Translations under genes and position numbers: made by a program
In this document: piece by piece, positions 9,188 to 18,023 of the stretch
How positions within the stretch are numbered: position 1 is the stretch's first letter
Layout: each line of letters begins with the position of its first letter
The notes under the pieces: model-generated
What the model was told of the DNA's origin: nothing
The model's input: only the letters and a program-made list of their open reading frames with translations
The model's database searches: none
IMG/VR virus record: IMGVR_UViG_3300029085_000054
Strand: one strand, 5' to 3'
DNA length: 26,759 nt
DNA from: a virus
Lineage: Duplodnaviria > Heunggongvirae > Uroviricota > Caudoviricetes

Positions 9188-9819
9188 AGAGGACTCCCGG
9201 TTGTGCCGCCGCTGTCGCCGGGGTGTTTATGGGTATGCAGTACCTTACCGTTTGATGAGAGTTCACCGCCGGTGTGTTCAATGTTGCCGCGCATCGTCCC
9301 GCCCTTCTGCACTTCCAGCGTGCCGGTAATCAGCCTGTTGGTGCAGACCACCTCCGGTGTGTCCAGGGTGATGCGGGTTGACGCTTTCACCATGACCACC
9401 GGCACCGTGGCAGTAACAGAATCAGAAGCCGTCACGCTGGCCGTTTTAATTCCGCTTACCGTGAGCGCACTGGTTTCGGGTTCATACTCAATCACCGCCC
9501 CGTCAGGGAAACGGATATGCAGGGCATCCGCCGACGCAGACGGCGCGGGATTATCGCCGGAATAAATCCCCGGCAGAACAAACGCCGTGTCGAGTTCACC
9601 GCCCACGGACAGAATCAGCACCTGTTCCCCCACGGAAGGCGCCCACCATGTGCGCGAACGTCCGGCGCGATGGGTCAGCCACTGAAGCCAGTCGGTGCAC
9701 ATGCCGCCGGTCTGCACACGGCAGCGACCGGCGTTAAGGTCGGTTTCGACGACAAGGCCGGTGCGGATCATGTTGCGCAGTGCGCGCGCGAGTTCCTGAA
9801 TATTTGCGAGAGTGTTCAT
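9184..9819 (-). CDS. V: Baseplate spike/hub protein gpV (211 aa)
   Basis: ORF track 211 aa; first gene of the V-W-J-I-H-G block; length matches P2 V. Confidence 0.9.
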   Translation of the reverse strand: MNTLANIQELARALRNMIRTGLVVETDLNAGRCRVQTGGMCTDWLQWLTHRAGRSRTWWAPSVGEQVLILSVGGELDTAFVLPGIYSGDNPAPSASADALHIRFPDGAVIEYEPETSALTVSGIKTASVTASDSVTATVPVVMVKASTRITLDTPEVVCTNRLITGTLEVQKGGTMRGNIEHTGGELSSNGKVLHTHKHPGDSGGTTGSPL

Positions 9820-9885
9820 AACGGGAAGGATGCCGCCGGGTCATACCGGCGGCAATGTGACGATGAGGTGTCGGGAATGGCACAA

Positions 9886-10338
9886 CTAACGCTCAAGGTG
9901 AGCCAGGATAATCTCTTCAATCATCTGAACATCCTCACCGGTAAAACCGAGCAGAGGACGCGCCGGATAATCAATTTTCTTACCGTCTTTCCGGGTTTCT
10001 TCCGACAGACCAAACTGATGCACACTGGCAATTTTCGGTGACTTCCCGCCGTAAAACTCCATTGATGCCTGTTCAGGGCTGGCGCGGATATGCAAAAAAC
10101 GACTGGTGATAAGTTTCGCAAACATTTTTCGCTTAACACGACCGGTCTTTTTTCTGGCGCTCTGCTGCTGGCGTGGCGCATAGGGTGTGCCATCCGGGGC
10201 TTTCTGTGCCATCACCCGACGCTGCTGACTCTGCCGCAGACGTTTCGCCAGTTCGGCGCTCAGTCGCCGACGCCCTGACGGTGACAGCGACTCAATCAGT
10301 CCGGTCAGCCGGTCTTCAAAACGCTTAAACTCATTCAT
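9886..10338 (-). CDS. S: Tail completion protein gpS (150 aa)
   Basis: ORF track 150 aa; follows R with overlapping stop/start; length matches P2 S. Confidence 0.88.
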   Translation of the reverse strand: MNEFKRFEDRLTGLIESLSPSGRRRLSAELAKRLRQSQQRRVMAQKAPDGTPYAPRQQQSARKKTGRVKRKMFAKLITSRFLHIRASPEQASMEFYGGKSPKIASVHQFGLSEETRKDGKKIDYPARPLLGFTGEDVQMIEEIILAHLER

Positions 10339-10798
10339 CCCACTTGCTCACCAGTTCGCCATTGATATACAGCTCCATCGGGCGGGTGACCGGCTCCGGC
10401 GGCGGGGGTTCCGGGATATTCTTCACATGCAGCGCGCCGTCCACCTCACTGACCAGCGTGCGCTCGGTCAGCATCAGGCTGATGCTGATATCAAAGCTGC
10501 TGTCATTGTTGATGTCTGCATAAAACGTGAAGCCCTTTTTCTGGCCTGCGTCGGTGGTCATGATGTCGGGCTGATTTTCCCGCAGCCACGCCAGCACCGG
10601 CACAATGAGCAGGTCAAAATCACCGGTAAAGTCGGTCACAATGACATTGAGCGTGTAACGCTTTTCGAATGACAACGACGCCGCCAGCGTGGAGGCAATA
10701 CTCCCGTTATCCACGAATATCCGCAGCATATCGGGGTTAGTTTTCAGCACCGTGACGGCATCAGTCAGCGCCCTGCGCAGGCTGTCGGGTTTGAGCAT
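10331..10798 (-). CDS. R: Tail completion protein gpR (155 aa)
   Basis: ORF track 155 aa; downstream of the lysis genes; length matches P2 R. Confidence 0.88.
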   Translation of the reverse strand: MLKPDSLRRALTDAVTVLKTNPDMLRIFVDNGSIASTLAASLSFEKRYTLNVIVTDFTGDFDLLIVPVLAWLRENQPDIMTTDAGQKKGFTFYADINNDSSFDISISLMLTERTLVSEVDGALHVKNIPEPPPPEPVTRPMELYINGELVSKWDE

Positions 10799-11051
10799 CG
10801 TTTTCGTCCTGACAGTGTTTAATCATTTTTACCTGGCTGGCACAGCGTGCCAGCGCGTTCTCAAGCTGCCGGATATCGGCACTTAAATCGCCGTTCGTCT
10901 GCGGGTCACTGCCCGGCATCGGGCAAAGGCTCACTTTCGGGCAGGCGTTGTGGACAATCACTGGCGTCGGTGCAGGCCGGGCGCTGGTGCAACCGGCGCA
11001 CAGCATCAGGCAGGTCAGCACCGTACCAGCGGCGAAAATCTTCGTTTTCAT
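10761..11051 (-). CDS. lysC: LysC, Rz1-like outer-membrane lipoprotein (o-spanin), 96 aa, starting inside lysB in another frame
   Basis: Internal ATG at 11051..11049 of the 135-aa track ORF, preceded by GAGG; product MKTKIFAAGTVLTCLMLCAGC has a signal peptide plus lipobox-like LCAGC. Starts within lysB, runs past its stop and overlaps the R start. Confidence 0.75.
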   Translation of the reverse strand: MKTKIFAAGTVLTCLMLCAGCTSARPAPTPVIVHNACPKVSLCPMPGSDPQTNGDLSADIRQLENALARCASQVKMIKHCQDENDAQTRQPAQGAD

Positions 11052-11331
11052 TAAGTAACCTCGTGATGGTTTTCTCGCGCTGTGCTTCACGTTTCGCGGC
11101 GTTCTCCAGTTCCTGACGCAGTGCCACCTGCGCCAGCTCGTTTTTGTCTGCCCTGGTGAGCGCAACATGAAGCTGATTTTTCAGCATGGTGATGGTCGTC
11201 TGCTGACCGCTGGCGACGTTGTTCGCCCTGTCCAGCGAGGCGCGCAGGCTGGCGTTTTCATGCTTCGCCAGAAACAGACCGGCCACCGCCAGCGATAACA
11301 ACACGACCAGCACAATCATCAGCTTTGACAT
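10906..11331 (-). CDS. lysB: LysB, Rz-like inner-membrane spanin (141 aa)
   Basis: ORF track 141 aa; N-terminal hydrophobic anchor MSKLMIVLVVLLSLAVAGLFLA followed by a charged helical region; position after lysA. Confidence 0.85.
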   Translation of the reverse strand: MSKLMIVLVVLLSLAVAGLFLAKHENASLRASLDRANNVASGQQTTITMLKNQLHVALTRADKNELAQVALRQELENAAKREAQREKTITRLLNENEDFRRWYGADLPDAVRRLHQRPACTDASDCPQRLPESEPLPDAGQ

Positions 11332-11744
11332 GGTTCCCGCCCCTCAAGATGCTGACGACAGGCTTTACGTATCAGCCGGAAGAACACCGACGCCACGAGA
11401 TAAACCAGCGCGGTAAAAATCCACCCGGCAGCGACCAGCGAGATAAACGTCGCCACCATCACCACCAGAGCCGCCGCCCGTCTGCGCCACGGCACCGGCT
11501 GCAAAAACAGCGACGTGACAATCTTCACGGCCAGCGATTCCGGCGGCAACTCCCGCCCGTAGCGTTCCAGCACATACTCCGTGGCATACACGCCGACACC
11601 ACCGGCAACCACACAGATAACCGTCGCCAGAATCGCCCAGGCGGCGACAAAACTGACGGCCACGCTCTGCGGGTAAATCAGGGACAGTGCCAGCATCAGC
11701 GCCAGCGACACGTTCAGCATCAGTGAAATTGATAATTTCTTCAT
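11319..11744 (-). CDS. lysA: LysA, polytopic membrane lysis-timing protein (141 aa)
   Basis: ORF track 141 aa with several hydrophobic segments; position between K and lysB as in P2. Confidence 0.8.
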   Translation of the reverse strand: MKKLSISLMLNVSLALMLALSLIYPQSVAVSFVAAWAILATVICVVAGGVGVYATEYVLERYGRELPPESLAVKIVTSLFLQPVPWRRRAAALVVMVATFISLVAAGWIFTALVYLVASVFFRLIRKACRQHLEGREPCQS

Positions 11745-11758
11745 GGTGCTTACTCCGT

Positions 11759-12256
11759 TTAAGCCGGTACGCCGCCGGCGGTACGCCAGACGGTGACCAG
11801 TTTTTCCAGTGAATGCTCACGCTGACCGTAACCGGCACCCGGCAGGGACGCCCAGATATTGCGACAGCGTGAAATGGCGCGTTCAATGCGTCCCGCCCGG
11901 ATGTCATCCAGCGCACCGCGTTCGCGGATCAACTGAATGGCGAGTCTGTCCTGTGACAACGGACTGAAATCCGGCAGGGCAAGCTGTTTGCGGTAATGCG
12001 GCCAGAACAGGTAAAGCTGCTGATAGCGACCGGAGGCCGTGGATTTTTCACCGCGACGGTTAAACACCTTCGCCGGTCGGCCATGCGCGAACGGGTGGTC
12101 ACTGTAGTCGGTGAAGATTTCCGGCTTTCCGTCCAGTCCGGTGACTATCACGTCATAGCCACGGTTTTTCGTCAGCGGATGATTCGCCGTCCCTTCGGAC
12201 ACGGCCAGCATGTCGAGAAAGGCAGCGATATTCTGATGCGTGTTAATTACCGGCAT
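11759..12256 (-). CDS. K: Endolysin gpK (165 aa)
   Basis: ORF track 165 aa; start overlaps the holin stop; length and position match P2 K. Confidence 0.88.
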   Translation of the reverse strand: MPVINTHQNIAAFLDMLAVSEGTANHPLTKNRGYDVIVTGLDGKPEIFTDYSDHPFAHGRPAKVFNRRGEKSTASGRYQQLYLFWPHYRKQLALPDFSPLSQDRLAIQLIRERGALDDIRAGRIERAISRCRNIWASLPGAGYGQREHSLEKLVTVWRTAGGVPA

Positions 12257-12537
12257 TACGGTTTCCCCCTGCCCTTAAAGCGGCGCTGAATGGCAATCTC
12301 AATCACCTGATAACCGGCGATACCCAGCATGGAGCCGATGCCGCACACCGCAGGCAGTGACAGGTCAGGAAACTGCACCAGAACAACACCGGCAACCATC
12401 GAGACAAAACCACCGAGCAACATGCGCCCGATAAACAGACGCGGGGTGATGGGTTCACCACCGGCAAGCACCTTGCCGACAACAATCAGCACCCCAATCA
12501 TGAAAAGCGACAGGACGCTTTTTTCTTCTGCTGTCAT
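12256..12537 (-). CDS. Y: Holin gpY (93 aa)
   Basis: ORF track 93 aa; small membrane protein with hydrophobic segments and a charged C-terminus (RRFKGRGKP); directly upstream of the endolysin. Confidence 0.88.
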   Translation of the reverse strand: MTAEEKSVLSLFMIGVLIVVGKVLAGGEPITPRLFIGRMLLGGFVSMVAGVVLVQFPDLSLPAVCGIGSMLGIAGYQVIEIAIQRRFKGRGKP

Positions 12538-12540
12538 GCG

Positions 12541-12744
12541 TTACTCCCACAGATTGACAGTTTCAGCCACGGGCGCGGTCTGAACGTCGGGCAGTTCGAC
12601 GGCGGTGCCGTGCGGCAGCACCGCGCCCAGTTCAGCCAGTCCCGGATTTGCGGCGAGCACGGTCTCAACCACGCCCTCAGTGCGCCCGTAATACCGGACA
12701 CAGATGGCATCGAGCGTGTCGCCCTGTAGCGCAAAGGTCTTCAT
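12541..12744 (-). CDS. X: Tail protein gpX (67 aa)
   Basis: Internal ATG at 12744..12742 of the 90-aa track ORF gives 67 aa (MKTFALQGDTLDAICVRYYG...), the P2 X length as I recall; its start overlaps the L stop (TGATG). Confidence 0.8.
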   Translation of the reverse strand: MKTFALQGDTLDAICVRYYGRTEGVVETVLAANPGLAELGAVLPHGTAVELPDVQTAPVAETVNLWE

Positions 12745-13253
12745 CAGATTTGACTCACGATGCAGCGCGGCTTGTCCTGGATACGCGCCACCGCCCAGCG
12801 CATATCCCGCCACAGCTCATCAATGGTGCTGTCAATGCTGTCGGCCTTCTTGTCGCCTTTCGCACTGGCATCCACACCGCGATAACGTTCATAAAGCGAC
12901 GCGGTCGCCATCGCACACACGGCGCGCTCGTAGTAAAAAAGTTTGATGCTTTCACCGTCGATGTCGTCCGCCGGGACGTCCGCCAGACGCGTAAAACCGG
13001 CGGCAATTTTCTGTTCGCGGTACTCGTACAGCTCCGCATTCGTCTCCGCCATGCCTGACTTGATGGCCTCACGCAGACGGGCGGGGGCGACGGTCTGCTC
13101 AAGGCGCATACGTTCCCGGACGCGCTTCGGGTCGATATCGGGAAAAAAGAACGTGTTTTTAATCACCGGCTCGTCGCCTGCCGGTTGCGGGATGACCACC
13201 GTACCCTCACCGGACACGGGAGCCTCCTTTCGCGGAATAATCAGCGTCATCAT
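12744..13253 (-). CDS. L: Capsid completion protein gpL (169 aa)
   Basis: Internal start MMTLIIPRKEAPVSGEG within the 189-aa track ORF gives 169 aa, the P2 L length as I recall. Confidence 0.85.
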   Translation of the reverse strand: MMTLIIPRKEAPVSGEGTVVIPQPAGDEPVIKNTFFFPDIDPKRVRERMRLEQTVAPARLREAIKSGMAETNAELYEYREQKIAAGFTRLADVPADDIDGESIKLFYYERAVCAMATASLYERYRGVDASAKGDKKADSIDSTIDELWRDMRWAVARIQDKPRCIVSQI

Positions 13254-13352
13254 GACTACCTCTGAAAAGTCGGGCGGTGGACGCCGGTGCAGTGTCAGGT
13301 GATTCACCCTCACTGACCGGCGTGCCGCCCTGGCGCGGGGCGCATTCGGTTG

Positions 13353-14096
13353 TTAACTGGCTTTCTCTTTCGGGCGTCCACGTTTTGCCGGTGTCACGCT
13401 CCGGGTCTTACGCGGGGTACGGGTGGCCGCTTTGGGCTGCGGCTCCGGCTTCGGTTTCAGCTCCCGCTCCAGTCGTTCAATCTCTTTTTTGACGCCTGCC
13501 TGACAGTCGAGCTGTGTCGCACGTTGCAGGTGCGCCAGCGCACCGGCGGCATCACCAGCGTCACGCAGAAACAGACCGGTGATTTTGTGCAGCTTTGCGC
13601 GCACTTCATCAGGCATGTCAGCAGCGGCAGTCAGTTCAAGGGTCTCCGTCAGCAGGCGGGTATCCACAGACTCACCGGCCGCGTGGGCGCGCATGGCCGC
13701 AAGCGCCACCTCCTCGGTGAACATGTACGGCGGGGTGCGGCGGTGTTTACCCGGCATGGTCAGACCGTACTTCAGGGCATAACGGGCAATCTCCAGCGCA
13801 CCGGCAATATCGCCGGTATCCAGACGCCACAGCATGACCGTCATCAGAATGTCATCCTGTGCGCCTTTGCCCTGCTCCAGCACGCCGTTCACCCACGGCA
13901 ACCAGAACGGCAGCAGTTCGCGCTTTTTCGCTGCCTTCAGCTCTTTTGAATAAATCGCTTTCAGTGTGCGCTGGTCTGCGGCCAGCTTGACCAGCATCTG
14001 CTCATAGACAGTTGCATGTCGCAGCGGGGCGGCTTCCCGCTGCGCGGTCATCGCTGCCGAGACCCGCATCATGTGGCGCTGTGCGGGACTCGTCAT
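13353..14096 (-). CDS. M: Terminase small (endonuclease) subunit gpM (247 aa)
   Basis: ORF track 247 aa beginning MTSPAQRHMMRVSAAMTAQREAAPL; length and position between N and L match P2 M. Confidence 0.9.
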   Translation of the reverse strand: MTSPAQRHMMRVSAAMTAQREAAPLRHATVYEQMLVKLAADQRTLKAIYSKELKAAKKRELLPFWLPWVNGVLEQGKGAQDDILMTVMLWRLDTGDIAGALEIARYALKYGLTMPGKHRRTPPYMFTEEVALAAMRAHAAGESVDTRLLTETLELTAAADMPDEVRAKLHKITGLFLRDAGDAAGALAHLQRATQLDCQAGVKKEIERLERELKPKPEPQPKAATRTPRKTRSVTPAKRGRPKEKAS

Positions 14097-14099
14097 CGG

Positions 14100-15164
14100 T
14101 TACGCTCCCGGCTCTGCGGTCGCTTTAGCCGGTGTGGAGAAATCACCGACCTTAATTTTTTCCACCAGACAACCGGCGGCATAGTCTTCCACCACGTAAT
14201 CAATGTTCATTGACTCGTAGTTCTCCACGCGGTCGAGTTTCGGGTTTTCCACAATCACGCGGCGATGGCTGTCATCCATGTAGTAGATGGACAGGTTTTC
14301 CAGCTTCGTGATGAGCATCGCATCCGCCGGGAAGTACGGGACGCGTACCGCCGGCAGGTTACCGATGCGTTTCTGGCTGATGATGACGTCAGCGGCCAGC
14401 ATTTCGCTGTTGTCCTGCTCCTTGTTGACGATGGGGAAATACTTGTCCGCCAGTAGCTGACGCCCCACAATCACCACAAGGTCAGGGTCTTCCTGATACC
14501 ACGGCTCAATCAGGTTGTTGGTCGCATCCATCACCAGTGCATCAAGGCTGGCATAATCACCGCCCTTACCCACGCGGATGACCTCAGAGGTCGTGTGACC
14601 TTCCTCGTCAGTAACCTTGCTCATCACACGCGCCGGGGCTTCATTGCGGTATTTCTGCAGCCAGCCGACCGCCACATCCTGCAGCATCGGATTACTGCTG
14701 CGGTCAGAGGTTTCGGCACGCTTCACGCCGTTAAAACCGGCCATGATTAAATCAAGGGACTGGCGTTTGATAATGGCGTTACGGACACGGAGCTGGAAAT
14801 CCTGATAACGCGCCCACAGGTCCAGCGTTTTGTAGCGGATATAAAAATCGAAGTTAATCTGGTCGCATTCGTACTTGTTTGACGCCAGCTTCGAGAAGTC
14901 CTTCGGCTGACGCTCGGTGCCACCGGCGGTGCTGGCGATGGAGCCGGTGACACCGATACCAATTTTTTCCCCTTTCATTTCGCTGACCGGCACAATGTTG
15001 ATGCGGGTCAGAAAATCAGAGGACTCCTGCATGGTGTTCATCAGGGTCTGGGTGACCGACGGTTCAACGGTGAATTTTTTCGACACATCACCGGCGTCGA
15101 TGCCGTTCAGCTCGGCAACACGGGACAGGTAGGCATTAAATTTAAAGCGGGTTTCCTGGCGCAT
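14100..15164 (-). CDS. N: Major capsid protein gpN (354 aa)
   Basis: ORF track 354 aa; position between O and M; P2 N is of similar length. Confidence 0.9.
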   Translation of the reverse strand: MRQETRFKFNAYLSRVAELNGIDAGDVSKKFTVEPSVTQTLMNTMQESSDFLTRINIVPVSEMKGEKIGIGVTGSIASTAGGTERQPKDFSKLASNKYECDQINFDFYIRYKTLDLWARYQDFQLRVRNAIIKRQSLDLIMAGFNGVKRAETSDRSSNPMLQDVAVGWLQKYRNEAPARVMSKVTDEEGHTTSEVIRVGKGGDYASLDALVMDATNNLIEPWYQEDPDLVVIVGRQLLADKYFPIVNKEQDNSEMLAADVIISQKRIGNLPAVRVPYFPADAMLITKLENLSIYYMDDSHRRVIVENPKLDRVENYESMNIDYVVEDYAAGCLVEKIKVGDFSTPAKATAEPGA

Positions 15165-15222
15165 AGTTTTTCCTGAAATTAAGGGTTAATCGTGAAGGTT
15201 TTCCCGGACTGACTGACGCCGG

Positions 15223-16077
15223 TCAGCAGTTCGTCATCAGGGCGTCACCGCCACCACCGGTGGCCTTGCTGCGGCGCTGCTGGGTCAGACTTTCGGTGTT
15301 GTCGAGACTGTTTTTCAGGCGGGTGAATGCCTGGCTGGTTTCATCCGCCCTGTCAGTCACCTCCTGCTTAAGTGCGGAAAAGGCGGTTTCCATCTCAGCG
15401 AGGCGCTGCTCAGTGGCGCTCAGTTTTTCCTGCACATGTTCAGCAACAGCGGTCACCGCTTCATGCACGTCATTCAGACGGGCGTCATCGCTGGCCTGTT
15501 TGCGGCCAAAAATGGATTTCACCTTTTCGGTCAGGGCGGTGAACACGGTTTCAGGCAGGTCTTCAAATTCCAGCTCAACGGGCGTTGCCACTGAAATCAG
15601 GTTTTCAGGGCTTAATTTGAAGCGGTTCAGGGGGTTGTGTTTTGCCGTGCGGCAGAATTCCAGATATTCCGTGCCGAGGCTTGCCGGGTCATCGGTGACG
15701 GCCAGACCCACCAGATAACATTTGCCGGTGTTGGCAAAGTTCGGCTGAATTTCCATTGAGGTGTAGACCTTCTGCGCGGCCTTGTTCATCGCAATAAGGT
15801 CATCGGTCGGGGTGATTTTCGCAAACAGCGCCCATTTGCCTTTCAGCGCCGAATCATCGTCAATCTTTTCGGCCTTCAGTTCGGCCACATCGCCATAACG
15901 CTTAAAAATACCGTCAGGCAGGATGCCGCGCAGATGTTCCAGGTTAATGCGGCAACCATAGACTCGCGGGTCAAAGGTTTCGGCCATTTCCTGAATATCC
16001 TGCGCACTGATGACACGCCCGTCACAGGTGTCACCCTCAACGCCGATACGAAAGAATTTTGAGACTTTTTTTGCCAT
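15223..16077 (-). CDS. O: Capsid scaffolding protein gpO (284 aa)
   Basis: ATG at 16077..16075 (MAKKVSKFFRIGVEGD...) within the 306-aa track ORF gives 284 aa, the P2 O length as I recall; divergent from P. Confidence 0.88.
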   Translation of the reverse strand: MAKKVSKFFRIGVEGDTCDGRVISAQDIQEMAETFDPRVYGCRINLEHLRGILPDGIFKRYGDVAELKAEKIDDDSALKGKWALFAKITPTDDLIAMNKAAQKVYTSMEIQPNFANTGKCYLVGLAVTDDPASLGTEYLEFCRTAKHNPLNRFKLSPENLISVATPVELEFEDLPETVFTALTEKVKSIFGRKQASDDARLNDVHEAVTAVAEHVQEKLSATEQRLAEMETAFSALKQEVTDRADETSQAFTRLKNSLDNTESLTQQRRSKATGGGGDALMTNC

Positions 16078-16250
16078 TGTCAGGAGTCCTGAATAGTGAT
16101 TAGAGGAGTCACATGTCGGCATCAGTTTCCCGACGATACGCATCCTCCGCCATCAGTCCCGGATGGCTTATCACTGACACAACAGCACCTTAGCGAATCG
16201 CGGGTCGCGACTCAGTAGCCTTGCCGTGTATTCATCACGGCGAGGTATTT

Positions 16251-18023
16251 ATGACCATCACCACAGACACCACTCTTTTACACGACCCGCGTCGTCAGGC
16301 GGCGCTGCTGTACTGGCAGGGGTTTTCCGTGCCGCAGATTGCCGCCATGTTGCAGATGAAACGCCCGACGGTGCAGAGCTGGAAACAGCGCGACGGCTGG
16401 GACAGTGTTGCCCCCATCAGCCGTGTCGAAATGAGTCTGGAAGCGCGGCTGACCCAGCTCATCATCAAACCGCAGAAAACCGGCAGTGACTTCAAGGAAA
16501 TTGACCTGCTGGGACGCCAGATTGAACGACTGGCACGGGTCAACCGCTACAGCCAGACCGGCAACGAGGCAGACCTTAATCCGAACGTCGCTAACCGCAA
16601 CAAAGGCGGGCGTCGCAAACCGAAAAAGAATTTTTTCAGTGACGAGGCCATCGAAAAGCTGGAGCAGATTTTCTTTGAGCAGTCTTTCGACTATCAGTTG
16701 CACTGGTATCGCGCCGGGCTTGAGCACCGCATCCGCGATATCCTGAAATCCCGCCAGATTGGCGCGACGTTTTATTTTTCCCGCGAGGCGCTGCTGCGCG
16801 CCCTGAAAACCGGCCATAACCAGATTTTTCTGTCGGCCAGTAAAACGCAGGCGTATGTGTTCCGTGAATACATCATCGCCTTTGCCCGTCTGGTTGACGT
16901 TGACCTTACCGGTGACCCGATTGTCCTGGGCAATAACGGCGCAAAACTGATTTTTCTCGGCACCAACTCCAACACCGCACAAAGCCATAACGGCGACCTG
17001 TACGTCGATGAGATTTTCTGGATCCCGAATTTTCAGGTACTGCGTAAGGTGGCATCAGGTATGGCCTCACAGAGTCACCTGCGCTCGACCTATTTCTCCA
17101 CCCCGTCCACGCTGGCGCACGACGCCTACCCGTTCTGGTCGGGTGAACTGTTCAACCGGGGACGCGCCAGCGCCGCCGAACGCGTGGAAATCGACGTCAG
17201 TCATAACGCCCTTGCCGGAGGTCTTCTCTGTGCGGACGGCCAGTGGCGGCAGATTGTCACCATTGAGGATGCCCTGAAAGGTGGCTGCACGCTGTTCGAC
17301 ATTGAGCAGCTTAAACGCGAAAACAGCGCCGACGATTTTAAAAACCTGTTCATGTGTGAATTTGTTGACGACAAGGCGTCGGTGTTCCCGTTCGAGGAGC
17401 TGCAACGCTGCATGGTCGACACGCTGGAAGAATGGGAAGACTATGCGCCGTTTGCCGCCAATCCGTTCGGCTCACGTCCGGTATGGATTGGTTACGACCC
17501 GTCACACCGTGGCGACAGCGCCGGATGCGTGGTACTGGCACCGCCGGTGGTGGCCGGAGGCAAATTCAGAATACTTGAGCGTCACCAGTGGAAAGGCATG
17601 GACTTTGCCACCCAGGCTGAATCAATCCGAAAACTCACCGAAAAATATAACGTCGAATACATCGGTATTGATGCCACCGGCCTCGGTGTCGGCGTGTTCC
17701 AGCTCGTGCGCTCGTTCTATCCCGCCGCGCGCGATATCCGCTACACACCGGAAATGAAAACCGCAATGGTGCTCAAGGCAAAAGACGTTATTCGCCGTGG
17801 CTGTCTGGAATATGACGTCAGCGCCACCGACATCACCAGCTCGTTTATGGCTATCCGCAAGACCATGACCAGCAGCGGACGCAGCGCCACCTATGAGGCC
17901 AGCCGCAGCGAGGAAGCCAGCCATGCCGACCTCGCCTGGGCGACCATGCACGCCCTGTTAAATGAGCCACTCACCGCCGGTATCAGCACCCCGCTGACAT
18001 CCACCATTCTGGAGTTTTACTGA
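16251..18023 (+). CDS. P: Terminase large (ATPase) subunit gpP (590 aa)
   Basis: ATG at 16251 preceded by GAGG; product begins MTITTDTTLLHDPRRQAALLYWQGF; 590 aa as in P2; stop overlaps the Q start (TGATG). Confidence 0.92.
   Translation: MTITTDTTLLHDPRRQAALLYWQGFSVPQIAAMLQMKRPTVQSWKQRDGWDSVAPISRVEMSLEARLTQLIIKPQKTGSDFKEIDLLGRQIERLARVNRYSQTGNEADLNPNVANRNKGGRRKPKKNFFSDEAIEKLEQIFFEQSFDYQLHWYRAGLEHRIRDILKSRQIGATFYFSREALLRALKTGHNQIFLSASKTQAYVFREYIIAFARLVDVDLTGDPIVLGNNGAKLIFLGTNSNTAQSHNGDLYVDEIFWIPNFQVLRKVASGMASQSHLRSTYFSTPSTLAHDAYPFWSGELFNRGRASAAERVEIDVSHNALAGGLLCADGQWRQIVTIEDALKGGCTLFDIEQLKRENSADDFKNLFMCEFVDDKASVFPFEELQRCMVDTLEEWEDYAPFAANPFGSRPVWIGYDPSHRGDSAGCVVLAPPVVAGGKFRILERHQWKGMDFATQAESIRKLTEKYNVEYIGIDATGLGVGVFQLVRSFYPAARDIRYTPEMKTAMVLKAKDVIRRGCLEYDVSATDITSSFMAIRKTMTSSGRSATYEASRSEEASHADLAWATMHALLNEPLTAGISTPLTSTILEFY

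Noticed and set aside
9517-10041. 174-aa plus-strand ORF beginning MQGIRRRRRRG.
   Set aside because: It is antisense to V and S; Arg-rich artefact of GC-rich antisense sequence.
11325-11916. Plus ORF 11325..11726 (133 aa) and minus ORF 11365..11916 (183 aa).
   Set aside because: They overlap lysA and K in other frames; highly Arg/His/Gly-rich and not protein-like.
12303-13302. Multiple overlapping ORFs on both strands over the Y, X and L region (for example 12648..13058, 12755..13102, 12943..13302).
   Set aside because: They conflict with the Y/X/L genes, which fit P2 lengths once the proper internal starts are used; compositions are Arg/Ser/Cys-rich.
16078-16250. Searched the divergent O/P promoter region (and the regions upstream of V and FI) for canonical Ogr-type late promoter elements TGT-N12-ACA.
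   Set aside because: No exact match was found by eye (only TGT-N10-ACA-like near-matches), so no late promoter coordinates are called although such promoters are expected.
16278-16988. 236-aa minus-strand ORF and other ORFs overlapping the terminase gene P.
   Set aside because: They are antisense to the 590-aa terminase, which has an SD-preceded ATG and coupling to Q.
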